The translations under genes were made by a program, and so were the position numbers. A DNA stretch of 64,000 bases, from positions 682,001 through 746,000 of the forward strand of contig JBHGNT010000001.1 in NCBI GenBank assembly GCA_043228905.1. Direction: 5' to 3'. Every line of letters starts with the position of its first letter. Position 1 is the first letter of the stretch. Of this stretch, positions 51,213 through 64,000 are shown piece after piece. Source of the stretch: Azolla caroliniana (Eukaryota; Plantae; Polypodiophyta). The notes under the pieces were generated by a model. That model was not told where the DNA came from, did no database searches, and saw only the letters and a list, made by a program, of their open reading frames with translations.

Positions 51213-53815
51213 TTCCAATGGAGATTAACCGAAGAAAAGAGCACAATAGGGTCTGTCAGTGAGTTTCGTGGTGATGAAACAGAGATGGGGTTTTTTTTCC
51301 CAGTGTTTCAGTTAGGATTTGTTAAAAGCGGAGGAGACTCTGTAGATTGGGTAGGTCTAGTGAAGAAAGAAAGAGAGAGGAAGGAACAGAGAGCAGACCA
51401 AAAAGTAAAAGAAGATGTACATATGTATTTTCTTCTTCTATCTATCAAATGTTATTTAAGACAATCGGAGCGGAGCTACTCATATAATATGTCTGTATGT
51501 ATATGTACATCATACATGTATGTATATATGTATGTATGTATGTATGCATGCGGAGCTACCGGTATAATATGTTTGTATATGAACATGTATATATATATAT
51601 GTATATTAATATATGTATGTATGCGGAGCTATTGATATAATATGTATGTACATGTACATATATATATGTTTGTATGCATGTGCATATATAGTTTATCCCT
51701 CACGCAACAATGGTTTGTAGAGTAGTCTTGTGACCTACCCTCCAAATGGTTCGGACAAATCTCCACTCCCTCTCTTGACCCCTCACTCCGACAATGCGTT
51801 GTGCCGATCATTATTGCATTGTGTCACTCTTGTTGATCCCTTCCTTCCCCTTGTGGTCGCTACTTATATCTATGACCAAATGAATAAGAGGCTCTGTAAA
51901 CCTCGCGTTTATGTATGTGTTGTGTGTTGACCTAACCGAGCTCGCTTCAACTCTCCATTTCGTCAATATGGAGAAAGTGACTAAATGAATAATCACCCTA
52001 TCTAAAGAAGAAGAAGAGAGAAGGAGAAGGACCAACCTCTTGGTCTATTATGTTGCTTGTGTAGTAGTGCGAGTCAAATTGGCTATGTATGTTGGTTAGT
52101 GTGAACAACGAGGGGAAACACTGAGGGATGATTATCACCCATGTACACATATAAACACATTCACCTCTAGTGCATGGAATAGTTACACACACAACCCTAG
52201 ACAACTCTGGTGCATTGAGTAGAGACGCTTACCACTCTAACAAATTTGATTGGTGAGGTTGGTTAGTCATAAGCACATAATGGAATGGTCTCAAAGCTTG
52301 CTACATTATTATGTTTTCCCCTGGAATAATAGTGTGTCAAGGGGGGTTCTTTCGGATTAACTCGCTTTCTAATCTATGTTGCCATAAATGTGTTCCTTTC
52401 TACTAGCAACCGAGTATGAATGGGTGAATCCAATCTAAATAGTGTCTTTGAGAGGTATGTGTTGCTATAGTTTCATTTTTTATATGGACCCCACATAGTT
52501 GCCCTTGCAATAAGGCCCACCCACATGTGGTCTATAATAAGCTTTGCCCATCATGTAGCATGTGTCATGTTATGCTCTAAGCTTTTTAAAGAGCACTTTG
52601 TTGGTTGTTAAGACACTACTAGAGCCCCCCATGAATCCAATCTTAATCTTCTTCTCTCCTTGATAGAATGTGCATTAGCATTGTCTCTCTAAATGGATAG
52701 TCTATTGATTGAAAACACTTAGTTTCAAATTCTTGTAAAGCCTATATCTTCGGATGATAGATTCGTCTTTTAAAATATAAATACTTGGACGGTTTTGTAA
52801 ATTAGTTGAGCGTTTGTATTTAGAGCACTGGAAAACATTGTGCTACGAAGATAATGTCTCAATCGCCACTTTTTTGTTTGCTTTTACTGTTGCACCCTGT
52901 TTTAATATTTTGTCAAGTATTGTCTTATCACTAGCACAATATCATGCACGACTCATAGGTAGAGTAAAACCAATAGAGATCAATTGAGATGTGAAACACC
53001 CTCAAAGTAATTTGCATTTTCTCACACCTGTAGAGAAATTTGTCAAAGATCTTCCAACTATGGAACTTGTATTATACAAAATTTCTGCTAAAAATGGGGG
53101 AATTCCAGATCATTGATGTCACTTACTAGCACTTGTCAATCTTCATCCTATTGAACTTCAAAATCATTGATGTTTACACCTTTTTAAAACTCGAACAATG
53201 AACTTGCTTTCCATATTGTATTGAAAGACCTTGAAACCATTGGTTCAAGGGCATCATATTCCAGTGCAATGTTGAATAACACCCACAAATTTATAGTCAT
53301 TGCTCATCAACTTTCCAACGAGCTGAATTGATCTAAGAGCAAATTGATTGTCATCCCTGCCTCTTGAATTACATGTTATTGCTTTCGAAAGAAGTTCAAT
53401 TTAAGTAGCGTAACTTTTTAATCAAATATAACTTGATGTTTTAAATGGAAAACAATTGGATGTTTTTATTGTGATGTTTGCCGTTTAGTATAGTTATCAA
53501 CATTCTATTCCCAACTAATTTCTCCCCCATTCCGCTATTTATCTTAGACCCATACTATAAACTAGACAAACAAAAATAATTGGCAATATAACAAGTTTTA
53601 ATTTTTAAGTGACCTTATTAGGGTATAAGAGATTTGAATTTATGGTGCTGCAAAATTCTTAAATATTATAACAAATATTGGATAACATAGTAACGACAAA
53701 TTTCATTGGACACCATACAAGTCGACTGGATGTTAGATAATGTAATGTGCACTATAAAGTTTGGCCCAATAGTAGAAACAAAAAAGTGGTTAATCAAATG
53801 AAGTATAGCATGTAT

Positions 53816-56813
53816 GCCCTGGTACCGATGGATTCTCAGCAGATTTTTTCCGGAATTATTGGGAGTTTATTGGGACTGATATTACAGCTGCATTTCAGGA
53901 GGTATTTGACACTGGATTTATGCCTAGTAAGTGAACCGAAGGCATGATTTATCTTATTCTTAAGCTGGAAGGGGTAGTGGCTGATATTAGGAAGTGGCGA
54001 CCAATAACTATATTGAATACTATTTACAAAATATATGCTAAGTTATTGGCTATGAGATTGCAACCTTTTTTATCGGACATCATTCATAACACCCAAACAG
54101 GATTTTTACAAGATAGGTGTATATTGGATAACATTTTTTTATTTTGGGAAGCGGTTTCAATTTCACAAGAAAGGAAAGAGGATTTAGCCATATTATTGTT
54201 GGATTTCGAAAAGGCCTATGACAGAGTAGATTGGTCTTTTTTGAGGGGTACCATGGAAAAGTTGGTTTTCCTAATCAATGGTTAACGGCTGTCTCAACTC
54301 TTTATAACTTAGCTACTAGTAGGGTATTAGTAGATGGAGGTTTAGGCCAAGCATTCGTAATTTCGAGGTCAGTGAGACTGGGATGTCTGCTGGCTCCTTT
54401 TTTATATTTGATGATTGGAGAAGCATTTAGTAGTTTTCTTACAAGTAATACTGTTGAATATAAAAGGGCTACAATGGCCATGGTTAGAGGAGCAAGTTGT
54501 GGATTGTCAATTTGCTAATGATACAACCTTGTATTTGCAAGATTCTAGCGACAATATTTCTAGAGTACAACATGCTATCAATACATTTTGCTATGCTTCG
54601 AGAACTATTATTAATTGGAATAAATCGGTGGGGTTCTGGGTAGGTAACATAGTAAACCCTTTGTGGTGCCCACAAGAAGGTTTTCAATGGATTCCACATG
54701 AGAAACCTATAAGATACTTGGGGTGCCAGGTATGTATTAATATTTTGCCGGAAGATCATGTAGCTCCTTTGTTGCTTGCTATAAGGAAGAAATTGTTATA
54801 TTGGAATACTGCTAAATTGTCATTGGCAGGAAGGGTTGTCATTGCCCATCCAGTATTGTTGGCCTCCATGTGGTACATTTTATCGGCTTGGTTGTGCTCA
54901 CGTTTTGCTTTATCGCAAGTACAAAGGCTTATTAGGAGTTTTCTTTGGGGATCTAAAGATTGTTCTTATGTGAGAACCAAGGTATCTTGGAAAGTTATTA
55001 CAACTCCAAATGACGAAGGTGGTCTTGGTTTGATTGACCCTCTTTTACAATGTAAGGCTGTAGTGGGGAAATTTATTATAAGAGGTTTGTTGCCCTGGTG
55101 GGGAGCCTTGGAAAAAAATCTTAAGGCAAAGAATGGTTAAAGTTGTGCCTTCTATTGGTGGCAATTGGAAAGATAGTATTAGATGGTGGTTTTTAAGAGA
55201 TTTTAACCAGTCCATTGATATTTTTCGCCAAGATAAGTTTTTGCGGGGTATCATGAAGGCATGGTGGGACTTGAAACAATACTTAGTCCAATCTCTACCA
55301 TCATGTAAGGAGGAATGGTTGCGTCAACCCCTCATACTGAACCCACTATTTACATTAGAAGATGGGGTAATGTTAGGGAAGAGAACTAGGTTGAATTGGA
55401 TTGACTTTGATAAAGGTGAAGCTAAGTCAGTTGGGAATTGGCCAGACTTTTTCTTCTTCAACGATGGAAAACAAAACCCAAGTTTGTAGGGAAATTTGGG
55501 GAGGGAATATTATGTATTCAGAAATGGATAGAGTCTTTACAAGATCTTCCTTTCAACCTTCTCAAACTAGTATGTTTTGGTATGGTATGTTTTCATCCCT
55601 ACATGTATTATTGGGGGTTAGGGGTTATAAAAACTCTCACGAATGCTTGTACTTCGATGTTTTGTCTTGCGGATGACTGCATTCTCTCTTTGTGGAAGAC
55701 GAAATTGTAACTCGAGGGAATAGGTTGCCTATTCGTGTATTATGGAAGAAAGATAAAAAATGGATATTGAACCCACATCCAAATGATGTAAACAATCTCT
55801 CTAATTTATGGGTCTATGAGACTAAGCCCATTGATCGCCTTTTGTGGGATCCTGGTGAGTGGAAATGGCAAATCAGATCAGCGCAAGGAATTTTAGGTAA
55901 GCAAATCCCATTCTTTCAGTATTCGGTAAAAATGGGTAGAGAAATGCTAAGGAGAGGTGTGACTATTACACCAACAACTTGTAAATTTTGGAGACTTGGT
56001 AATGTAACAGATTCTTGGTTGAATGCTTATTGGAAATGGTTATGGGCCATGCAAATTCCTAAAAAGGTCGTGTTATTTAAATGGTTGTTGATACATTATG
56101 CCATTCCTGTGAAGTCATGGATGCGGGGACATTGTCAGGATTTAAAATGTGACAGTTGTGGTTTCCCCATTGAATCGGTTTACCATGTTTTATGGATATG
56201 TCTTATTGCTAGAGCAGTTTGGAAACGAATGTTGAGAATGTTATATCCTATTTATGGTAGGCAGGTGTACACATGGGGTTTTGTGAGATGGGGAAGATTG
56301 GCTATGGAAATTCAAAACTATGAAAAGGAGTATGGCGAGTTCCTTCTCCTCTCCGATGGGAGACATGTATTGGAGATCTCGGATATTACATCAGTTCGTT
56401 GTTTGGAAGAGGATATGGTCTGGTCTACGATATCTTCTCTAGTCGTTTGGGTATTGTGGAAGGCTAGATGTAAATGTGTATTTCAGAAAGTTAAACAGAA
56501 TGCGGTTGACTTAGTCAAAGAGGTATGGTTAATGCTCGTACACACTTTAAGAGGTCAATATGATGCAATAACTGGTGAGCCTGAGGTTTTCATCTCTTTT
56601 GGAGAAAGAATAAAGTGGAGATATGCTCCACCAAGATGCCTTTTTCCACCCCCCGTCTTGGAACAACTTCCATGAGGGCTTGTGATACTTGACATTCTGG
56701 TTTATGTGGATATAATGGTTGTAATATATTGTATGAATTCGTTGTAGCCTTTCGGCATCTTTCCATCAATATCAAGGTGAATCTTCTTTAAAAATAAAAA
56801 TAAAAATAAAATA
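53816..56813 (+). mobile_element. 5'-truncated, frameshifted LINE (L1-like) retrotransposon
   Basis: RT motifs across broken ORFs: PGTDGF, KWRPITILNTIYKIYAK, LLDFEKAYDRVDW, SVRLGCLLAPFLY, QFANDTTL, IRYLG. A zf-RVT-like WKWLW...PKKV...CDSC...ESVYHVLWIC follows. (AAAAT)n tail at 56790-56813. 20-bp TSD aaatgaagtata(g/a)catgtat at 53796-53815 and 56814-56833. Confidence 0.93.
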
Positions 56814-56989
56814 AAATGAAGTATAACATGTATTTGAGTTTTGCAACAACACTCGAACTATAAGATGAGTCAACTTTAGATGAGCCTTTTTTTTTTCATT
56901 AAAAAAAAAACGAGATATCCTTCCAGTAGTTTTAAAAAAGCATATTTGCTACAAAATACAATCCACTTATTTTACAAAAATGAGGGATG

Positions 56990-58965
56990 AATTGGGAGAT
57001 ATATAGCCTCCACTATGTGACTTTCAACATACATGCTTGACATCAATGCATATCCTACTATTGTATCAAGATCCAATTTCATAGCTTCATTCGAGCACAA
57101 TTTCCCCCTATCTATATTGCCAACGCATGTACATGCTATAAATAAGGTCAACCAACTACACACATTTGTTGCTCAAATGTTTCAAAGTTGAAAAACCTTC
57201 ACTATTCCGCACATACCTAGAAATCATTGTGTTGTAAGACACCACATGTTGATTATATTGCAAGACAGTGAATGTTTCTTCCAGGTTTCCACATCTAGAA
57301 TATATGCACATATCATACTTCATGGTTGTGCAAAGCGGAAAAACCTTTATTATTCCGCACATACCCGGAAATCATTGCGTTGTAAGACACCTCATCTCGA
57401 TTATGTTGCTTAGAAAAGAGTGTGAATGCTTCTTCTAGGTAAAAAATAAGTGTCCATATTTGGCAAGATGCTTTTGCGTTGCAATGATCCCACATGATTC
57501 AATGCTTTTTCATCTTGTCCATATTAAATATTTCCTATTATAATTGTGTTCCAGCAAGACACATCTCTAACTAGAAATCCACTAAAAATCTCTTGTGCTT
57601 GAGTGAGTCCACCACAGTTGGTATACATATCCACCAATGCATTGCCGACCATAAAAGTATTCCTTACCAATGGCTTGACATTGCAATGATCCAAGATAAT
57701 TCAATGCTTCTTCATCATAATTTGAATATTTCCTTCCGAATGCATACATGGGTGCCATATAAAAGCATACTCCCCCCACCCATTGTCAGTGTATCTTGAC
57801 ATCAGTGTGGTCAAAGAGACTCTATTTTTCAAGTAATCCTTTCTTTGTTATGACCACATCCATTCCATCGATCCCATAAGAAGAAATAGGATTCTACATA
57901 CATATCAATCAACCTATTACTGATTGATTACAATAACATATTCCAAACCTTGTTTTCAGATATGACTATGCACTTCTTATCCTTTTTCTAATGCTCGAAA
58001 ACTTCCACCAGTTTTCAAATAAATATTCATGAGATTTAGTGCGTCCTCACCAAGTTCATGTTCTCATAACACATATCCAATGCAAAGTGGCCATTGACGG
58101 TAATCCATGCTTCATGGGCTTCACCACATTTTGCATATAAGTCGACCAACACATTTTGAATACATATCAACCAATGCATTCCCAACAATGCAATCTATCT
58201 CAACCATAACTTTTATTGCAATATCAACATGTATTGACTTGCCCTTACCTGTGGCTCCAAATCTACGACAAGCTATTAACATGCACATGTGAGTGATAAC
58301 ATCTGGAGATACACCTCTTTCTTGCATCTGCCCAAAAATGTTCAATATTTCCTCACCAAGACCACCACCATGTTTCATGTATCTTGCTAACCAAGCCATT
58401 TCCAACTCTAATATCCGGAATTTGTTTCAAGAGGCTAGTTGTTTCAATTATAACATGCATTTTTTTATTTTTTTTATTTTAAAAGCATAACAGATATTTC
58501 CTATAAGTAGATTTCAGAAATGTTATGCATAAACAAACTTTAACTTCGTGAATTTGACTTTTCACATCCACAATAGTGTTTACATTTTCAGCAGAAGTTT
58601 ATTTGGTCCATTCACAACCAATCTCCCTCCAACATACATTTTTGATAGAGAAATGTAAGGTGCCGCATCTTCATGCATGAAACGTTTGTATGAAAGTGAC
58701 CTCATATGGCATTCCACCTTCATGCTACAATTCAACAAAAAGATGAAGTGCTTCCTCTTCTTCCCCATGTTTGTTGCTACTATATGCTTCACGTAAAGTA
58801 TTCCAAGAGACTACAATCATCTCACACATATCTTCAAATGTCGATGGAGCTTCTTCCAAAGCACCACATTTGCCATACATATCAATGAGTAAAGTACCGA
58901 CCATGACGTCTTTTTCAATCTCGTCCCGAACCACATGTTCATGAATAATATACCCATCTCTCAAT
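56990..58965 (-). pseudogene. Decayed PLS-class pentatricopeptide repeat (PPR) gene
   Basis: Fragments in different frames: VGTLLIDMYGKCGALEEA...VVSWN, MQERGVSPDVIT...IACRRFGATGKGKSIH...VGNALVDMYSKC, YSRCGNLEE...VVSYNTMISRY and VGYALMSSMY. Many stops and frameshifts. Confidence 0.8.
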
Positions 58966-60300
58966 GACCCTCAAGAAAATATGTTTCAACCCGCACACCT
59001 TCTTCACTTATCCTTATGACAAAAATATCTTCATTCAGTCCACATCAATCATTTCACCGATTACGCCAAGTTCCTGTACAACTAAAAACGAAATGAATCT
59101 AGACTCTTTATTCCTCCCCTCATGATTTGCTTCGGCCCCCACACTGTCATCACTCATCCTCTCATCAAGTTATTATGCTTCAATCCCTACCGCCACACCA
59201 TCATCACTCATCATAATGAGAAACCTAAAATCTTCTTCATTCAGTCCACATCAACATCTTGATGTTGCTAACCATCTTGGCATCTCGCCAATGCCCATGA
59301 AAATTCTGTACTAACAACAAAAAATTAGTCTAAAAGTTTCCTCACCTACTCATGGTAGCCGGCTTCGACCCCCCCACCATCTTCACTCATCCTTATCACA
59401 GAAAAAAATTCTTCATTCAGTCCACATCAACCATCTCACCGATTACCACCAAATTCCTGTACAAATAATAACAAAATGAGTCTTGAATCTTTCCTCCTCT
59501 CCTCATGATCTGCTTCGGCCTCCACACCATCATCACTCATCCTCTCATCATAGCAGTATGCTTCAATCTCTACCGTCATCATTACTCATCCTAATGAACA
59601 ACACAAAATCTTCTTCATTCAATCCACATTAACATCTGGCAAAACCATCTTGTCATCTCGCGAATTAGCATTAGCATCATGTATAGTTACCAAAAAATGA
59701 GTCTAAAAAGTTCCTCACCTTCTCATGATATCAGCTTTAGCCCCTACATTATCATCATTCATCCTGACAAAAATAGCAAATGAGCTTCCTTCAATCCACA
59801 TCAATAATCTCACTCACTGATGAGCCCCAACATATCAACTTCCTTCTCAAACACAAAAAATTCAAAAAGTTATGTTCTCATGTGAAGGAAGTATATTTCT
59901 TCCCAACTTAAGAATGAAATAAGAAAGGACTAGGTGGACATCTATAAGGAGGGTTTTCCCATGCGAAGTTGTCCTTATAACATCAACCATGTCGACGACA
60001 GATATCACCCAAACGATGTACCTATGACCACAAAATGATATAGTAACCGCATGACCTCAAGAAAAATGCTTCAACCCCCACCCATCTTTACTCATCCTTA
60101 TCACAAAAAATTCTTCATGCACTCATCCTTACAAAAAACAGAAATAAACTTTCTCCAATCCACATCAATCGTCTCGCCATCGCTGATGATCACCAACATA
60201 TCAACTTCCTTCTCAAACACAAAAAAATAAAAAAATATGTTCTTATGTGAAGGAAATATATTTCATCCCAACTTAAGAATGAAATAAGAAAGGACTAGGC
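58965..60300. repeat. Degenerate tandem repeat array (~175/205-bp alternating units)
   Basis: The core cactcatcct...tcttcattca(g/a)tccacatcaa recurs near 59028, 59234, 59409, 59612, 59786 and 60151. 59770-59935 is duplicated at 60130-60299. Confidence 0.75.
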
Positions 60301-60505
60301 GGAGGAAACAATCATCATGGCGGTACATAATTCCAGCTATTTTCATGTGTCCCATCCAGCCATAGAGGTATTGGCCACCATATTTGACGAATTTTCCTTC
60401 TTTTCTTATGCGCCTTTTCTGTTGTTCCTTTGATATTATCATACTCTCCCTTAACTATGTGTATCAAATTGTCCCAGAACATCTTTATCATATGCATATC
60501 ATAGA
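60297..60505 (-). mobile_element. Short 3'-end fragment of a related LINE
   Basis: IKMFWDNLIHIVKGEYDNIKG...WNYVPP**LFPPP aligns by eye with the C-terminus of the LINE in this window (VKEVWLMLVHTLRGQYDAITG...WRYAPPRCLFPPP). Confidence 0.65.
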
Positions 60506-63500
60506 TGAGGTATTTAAATGCACTAACAAAACATAGTAGAAAAAAGTAAAGAGGGAAATGCCTCTACAATTTCATCGAACATAAAAAATTCTATTGCATT
60601 ATGGACAAATCGTTTGGGAGCTTAAACATACCACGTTTCAACTATCGTTCATAGCACATTACGTGTTTTTATTTTTTTAGTTGCTAGCTTGTTGCATTGT
60701 GTGTAATGAGAGGTCATGGCAGTAATTGTAAAGCTCCTAGGGCATGATCATATTTTGTTATGTTGTATGATTACCATATTTTCGTCATTGTTAAAATTAC
60801 ACATGCTCTCGAGGTTTATTGATTATTTTGTTTGTTATGACACAACCAAGCATTTGGGTTGGGAATAAGCTAACATTTGACCATTTTGTATGTTGAGTAT
60901 GATTATCAATATAAGATCCATATGACCCTAAAGACGGTGTTTCCTCTATGCCTATGAAGTATGGGCAAATGCATCGGGCATGTATGAAGATGTGCCATAT
61001 TCCGCTAAGTATATGTACATGAGCTACAAAGGTAGTTACACATGGTAATGGTAAGCATTGTATTGACAGGGTCATCAAGTGAGTTGATTCACAAAGAAGA
61101 AGTCAAAACTAAATATATGATGTTTATACTTTGAAAGTAATTTTCCAAATGGGGGTCCTTGTAGGCGACAATGGTAGAAAAATGGAGTAAACTTACATCC
61201 TTCTTTTCATATTGGGAATTTTCTTGATATAGAACATATGTTGATTACCTTAACATGGATATATCTATTCAGAAATAGCATCGTTTAACATCATGGCTTT
61301 TAATGCGCACGATCATATCGTCAATATGTACTTTTCATCTATGTTCTTGTTAGTATACTAATCAAGCATAGATTAATATATCGACAATCAAATTTTGACC
61401 ACATGAGTTCCACTTGAAGAACATTTCACGTTTCATGTTATCATCATTACCATGTAGTCAAAAGAGGAACCAAATGACTGGAACACACGCAAGGGGTATT
61501 TGGGGAAAATGTGAAGTTTTTTTCCCCTTCCCTTTTAGTTAGATTGTGGGTGCCCGGGCAGCTGCGTCTTTAAGGAGGGAAGGCTGGGGACAAAAGGTGT
61601 CTTTAGGGGCTCAGGGCCACGTAGCTGCAGGCTCGGCATCGGAGCTTCTGCGTGGTCTCGAGGAGCAGGAGGCGGCGATGGCCCGCTTCTTCCTTCTTCC
61701 TTCTTCCTTCTTCCTTCTTCTCTGCTTCCTTCACATGCTCACTGCGAGCAAGCACAAAGAAAGGCGACGGCGTCTCTTCCTTCCTTCAATCCCTCTCTTC
61801 TTTTTCTTTATTAATTTAAGTTTTAACCAATCACTCTCTAGTTTCTCGTCCTCATGCCCCTAGCCCCTCCCTATCTATGTTTTCAGACCTACTTACTACT
61901 TCTACTACTACTACTCGATAATATGCGGACGAATTTACTCTACATCCACTTCTTTTTCTTTCGTCCCCCACATAAACATCTTCGCTTCCATAACACTCGA
62001 TTTCTCTCGGACTCTCTGGTACTGCGGGGTTTGAATCTCGAATCCCGCCACTTGTCAAAATTTCTCTTTACTGTCCACACAATCACCAAATCAAATACAT
62101 ACATGAAGGTTAAAATATTCTCTCGATTTTCAATATATCTCAAGGAGATCGAAATCAAGAAACAAAACAAGAGAATTTTCGACATAACAATTCTATGACA
62201 ACAATAACATCGCTAACCTTAAAACCTTTAAATTTTATAGTGTTATGCTATTTTATGACCATTATCCTTTTGAACCAAATTTAAAAGCTGATTGATGTAT
62301 ATCCTTAAACATATTCATTGTCGTTTCATAACGATAGGCCATATTACGAGCATTATCCTTATGAACCAAATTTGTCTAATCTTAATGGTTTTAAGGGTTA
62401 TGATAAGTGCGAAACCAATTATGCTTTGATTTTATACATGTGGCAGTCTTGGAGATCAGCTCTCGGTACAACATGATTTAGAGAGCAAAGATTTAACTTG
62501 GGCAATTTTTTTTTCTCACCATGGATAAATGAAATAGTGGTTAGGGAAAAACGTTCAATGTTATGTAACCCACATGGGTTTTAAACTACCCATTGTGCAA
62601 TTACACTATTCTCTATTTCAACTCCACCTCACACATCTATAGAGATGCTAAAGTGAGATGATTTCTTGCCTATTAACTCTTAACTACTCATATTGCTATT
62701 TTATAAATGTTTCACATTTGGTTTGTCATTTTTTTCCGAATTACTGCACATGTCTAATTGGCAATTACATTTCCTAGTTTTTAGCTATTACATACAATTT
62801 GGTAGAAAACGTGGGACCTTCCTAACTACCATTGGAGCACCTCCTTAATTCATCTAACACCTTTCTTAATTTATACTTAAAATTGCAAGGCTCAATGAAC
62901 ATCACTTGTGTTGCAAATATACCAACATATTCAAGGACAAAGGATGAATATCATTTGTGATACGGGTATGGGCAAGGTCATGTTCATTGGGAGTCTCATT
63001 TTGACATCTATCCCAATGAATAAGTGTCCCTTAGTGTTGTAAGTTGCCAATACCCATATCACTCATGAGTTTGGTAGGAAAGTTGTCCCTTAGTGTTGTA
63101 AGTTTTGCACTACAACAAAAACTCTACAACTTTGTTGAAAATTTTAAATGATAATATCAGTATGGTTGCCTTCTTCTATTAAAGCGACACAAAACTTAGG
63201 TTTTATAGTGAAATATGGTTAATTGTCTATTTTCATAATGACATTTCAAATTTTAGACCATTACTAGATAGTACTTGATTAGGATACTACAAAGTTCAAT
63301 GATGTTGTTTAAGATTGTACTTTGGTTGATGCACACTTCAAAGAAATATCATAATAAACTTGAATTACCAAGACCAAGTTTAGGATCATTCATTTGGAAA
63401 CGCAAGAAAGCCAAAGATGAGTTGGGTCAAAGCACACTCTCTATGTATTGCAAGAGAGAGAAAATACACACGCCCTATGCCATCAACTTGCGCATAAGAG

Positions 63501-63639
63501 AGAACATTTGCATTCCTAAAGCAAAAAGGCAACTATGTTGCTTTGCTGTGCAATGTAGCTTATTGACTTGGTTAACTTAATGAGGATGAGATCACACACT
63601 AACTTAAGGTTGGGTCACAGTCTTCATAGTAGATCTTTC

Positions 63640-64000
63640 TAGGGTGCGCCATTGTCAAGAATAAAGAAAGAACATGGTGAATGTGTGTTAACTATCATCA
63701 TTCCGATAAAGCGACCATGAAAAATTCATATCCATTGCCCCTTGTTGACATCTTGATTGATTGTCTACATAGTGCTTGATACTATCACCGGATTTAAGAA
63801 TTATTGTTGACAAAGACATTCCTAAAACCTAGAGTTTATATCAAAATTGCCATTATAAATTTCTAGTCATGGCATTTGGATTGAATAATGTTGTCACCCT
63901 TTTTACCAAAAAATGAATGACACTTTCTGAGATGAACTGAGTCATTTTGTCATCGTTTACTTAGATATCATGTTCATTCGTACTCATAATTTACATTAGA
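63640..64000 (+). mobile_element. Degenerate Ty3/gypsy reverse transcriptase fragment running off the window edge
   Basis: Broken translation KNKERTW*MCVNY...KNSYPLPLVDILIDCL...DKDIPKT...HYKFLVMAFGLNN...FVIVYLDIMFI. Confidence 0.8.

Noticed and set aside
52500-53450. Decayed coding sequence on the minus strand
   Set aside because: Translation gave frequent stops and no family I could recognise.
62210-62402. Small MITE (aaccttaaaacc / ggttttaagggtt inverted match)
   Set aside because: Short AT-rich imperfect inverted repeat without a TSD.

Overview
Eukaryotic (land-plant) nuclear DNA with spliced genes, microsatellites and transposon debris. The long low-complexity protein tracts and decayed PLS-type PPR suggest a seed-free plant such as a fern, but that is inference only. 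Five intact genes can be read: (1) a 9-exon euANT/AINTEGUMENTA-like double-AP2 transcription factor (+, 8342-13141) with a 9-nt VYL microexon; (2) a ~21-exon M16 PqqL-like zinc protease (-, 33181-18747); (3,4) a head-to-head inverted duplicate pair of NPF7-like NRT1/PTR transporters lacking the ExxER motif (-, 39600-36364; +, 42505-45331); (5) an intronless DUF2921 multi-pass membrane protein (-, 51212-47916). Mobile elements with readable boundaries are a 1.48-kb non-coding LTR element with a tRNA-Ala-type PBS (its empty site is visible in the paralogous NPF flank), a hAT-type MITE with a perfect 8-bp TSD between the two NPF starts, a 5'-truncated LINE with a 20-bp TSD, a probable solo LTR in a protease intron and a gypsy RT fragment at the right edge. 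There is also a decayed PPR pseudogene. No rRNA, tRNA or CRISPR is seen, and no clearly new multi-gene system is demonstrable. The best leads are the asymmetrically evolving NPF pair, the Ala-primed miniature LTR element and several unusual features of the ANT-like gene.
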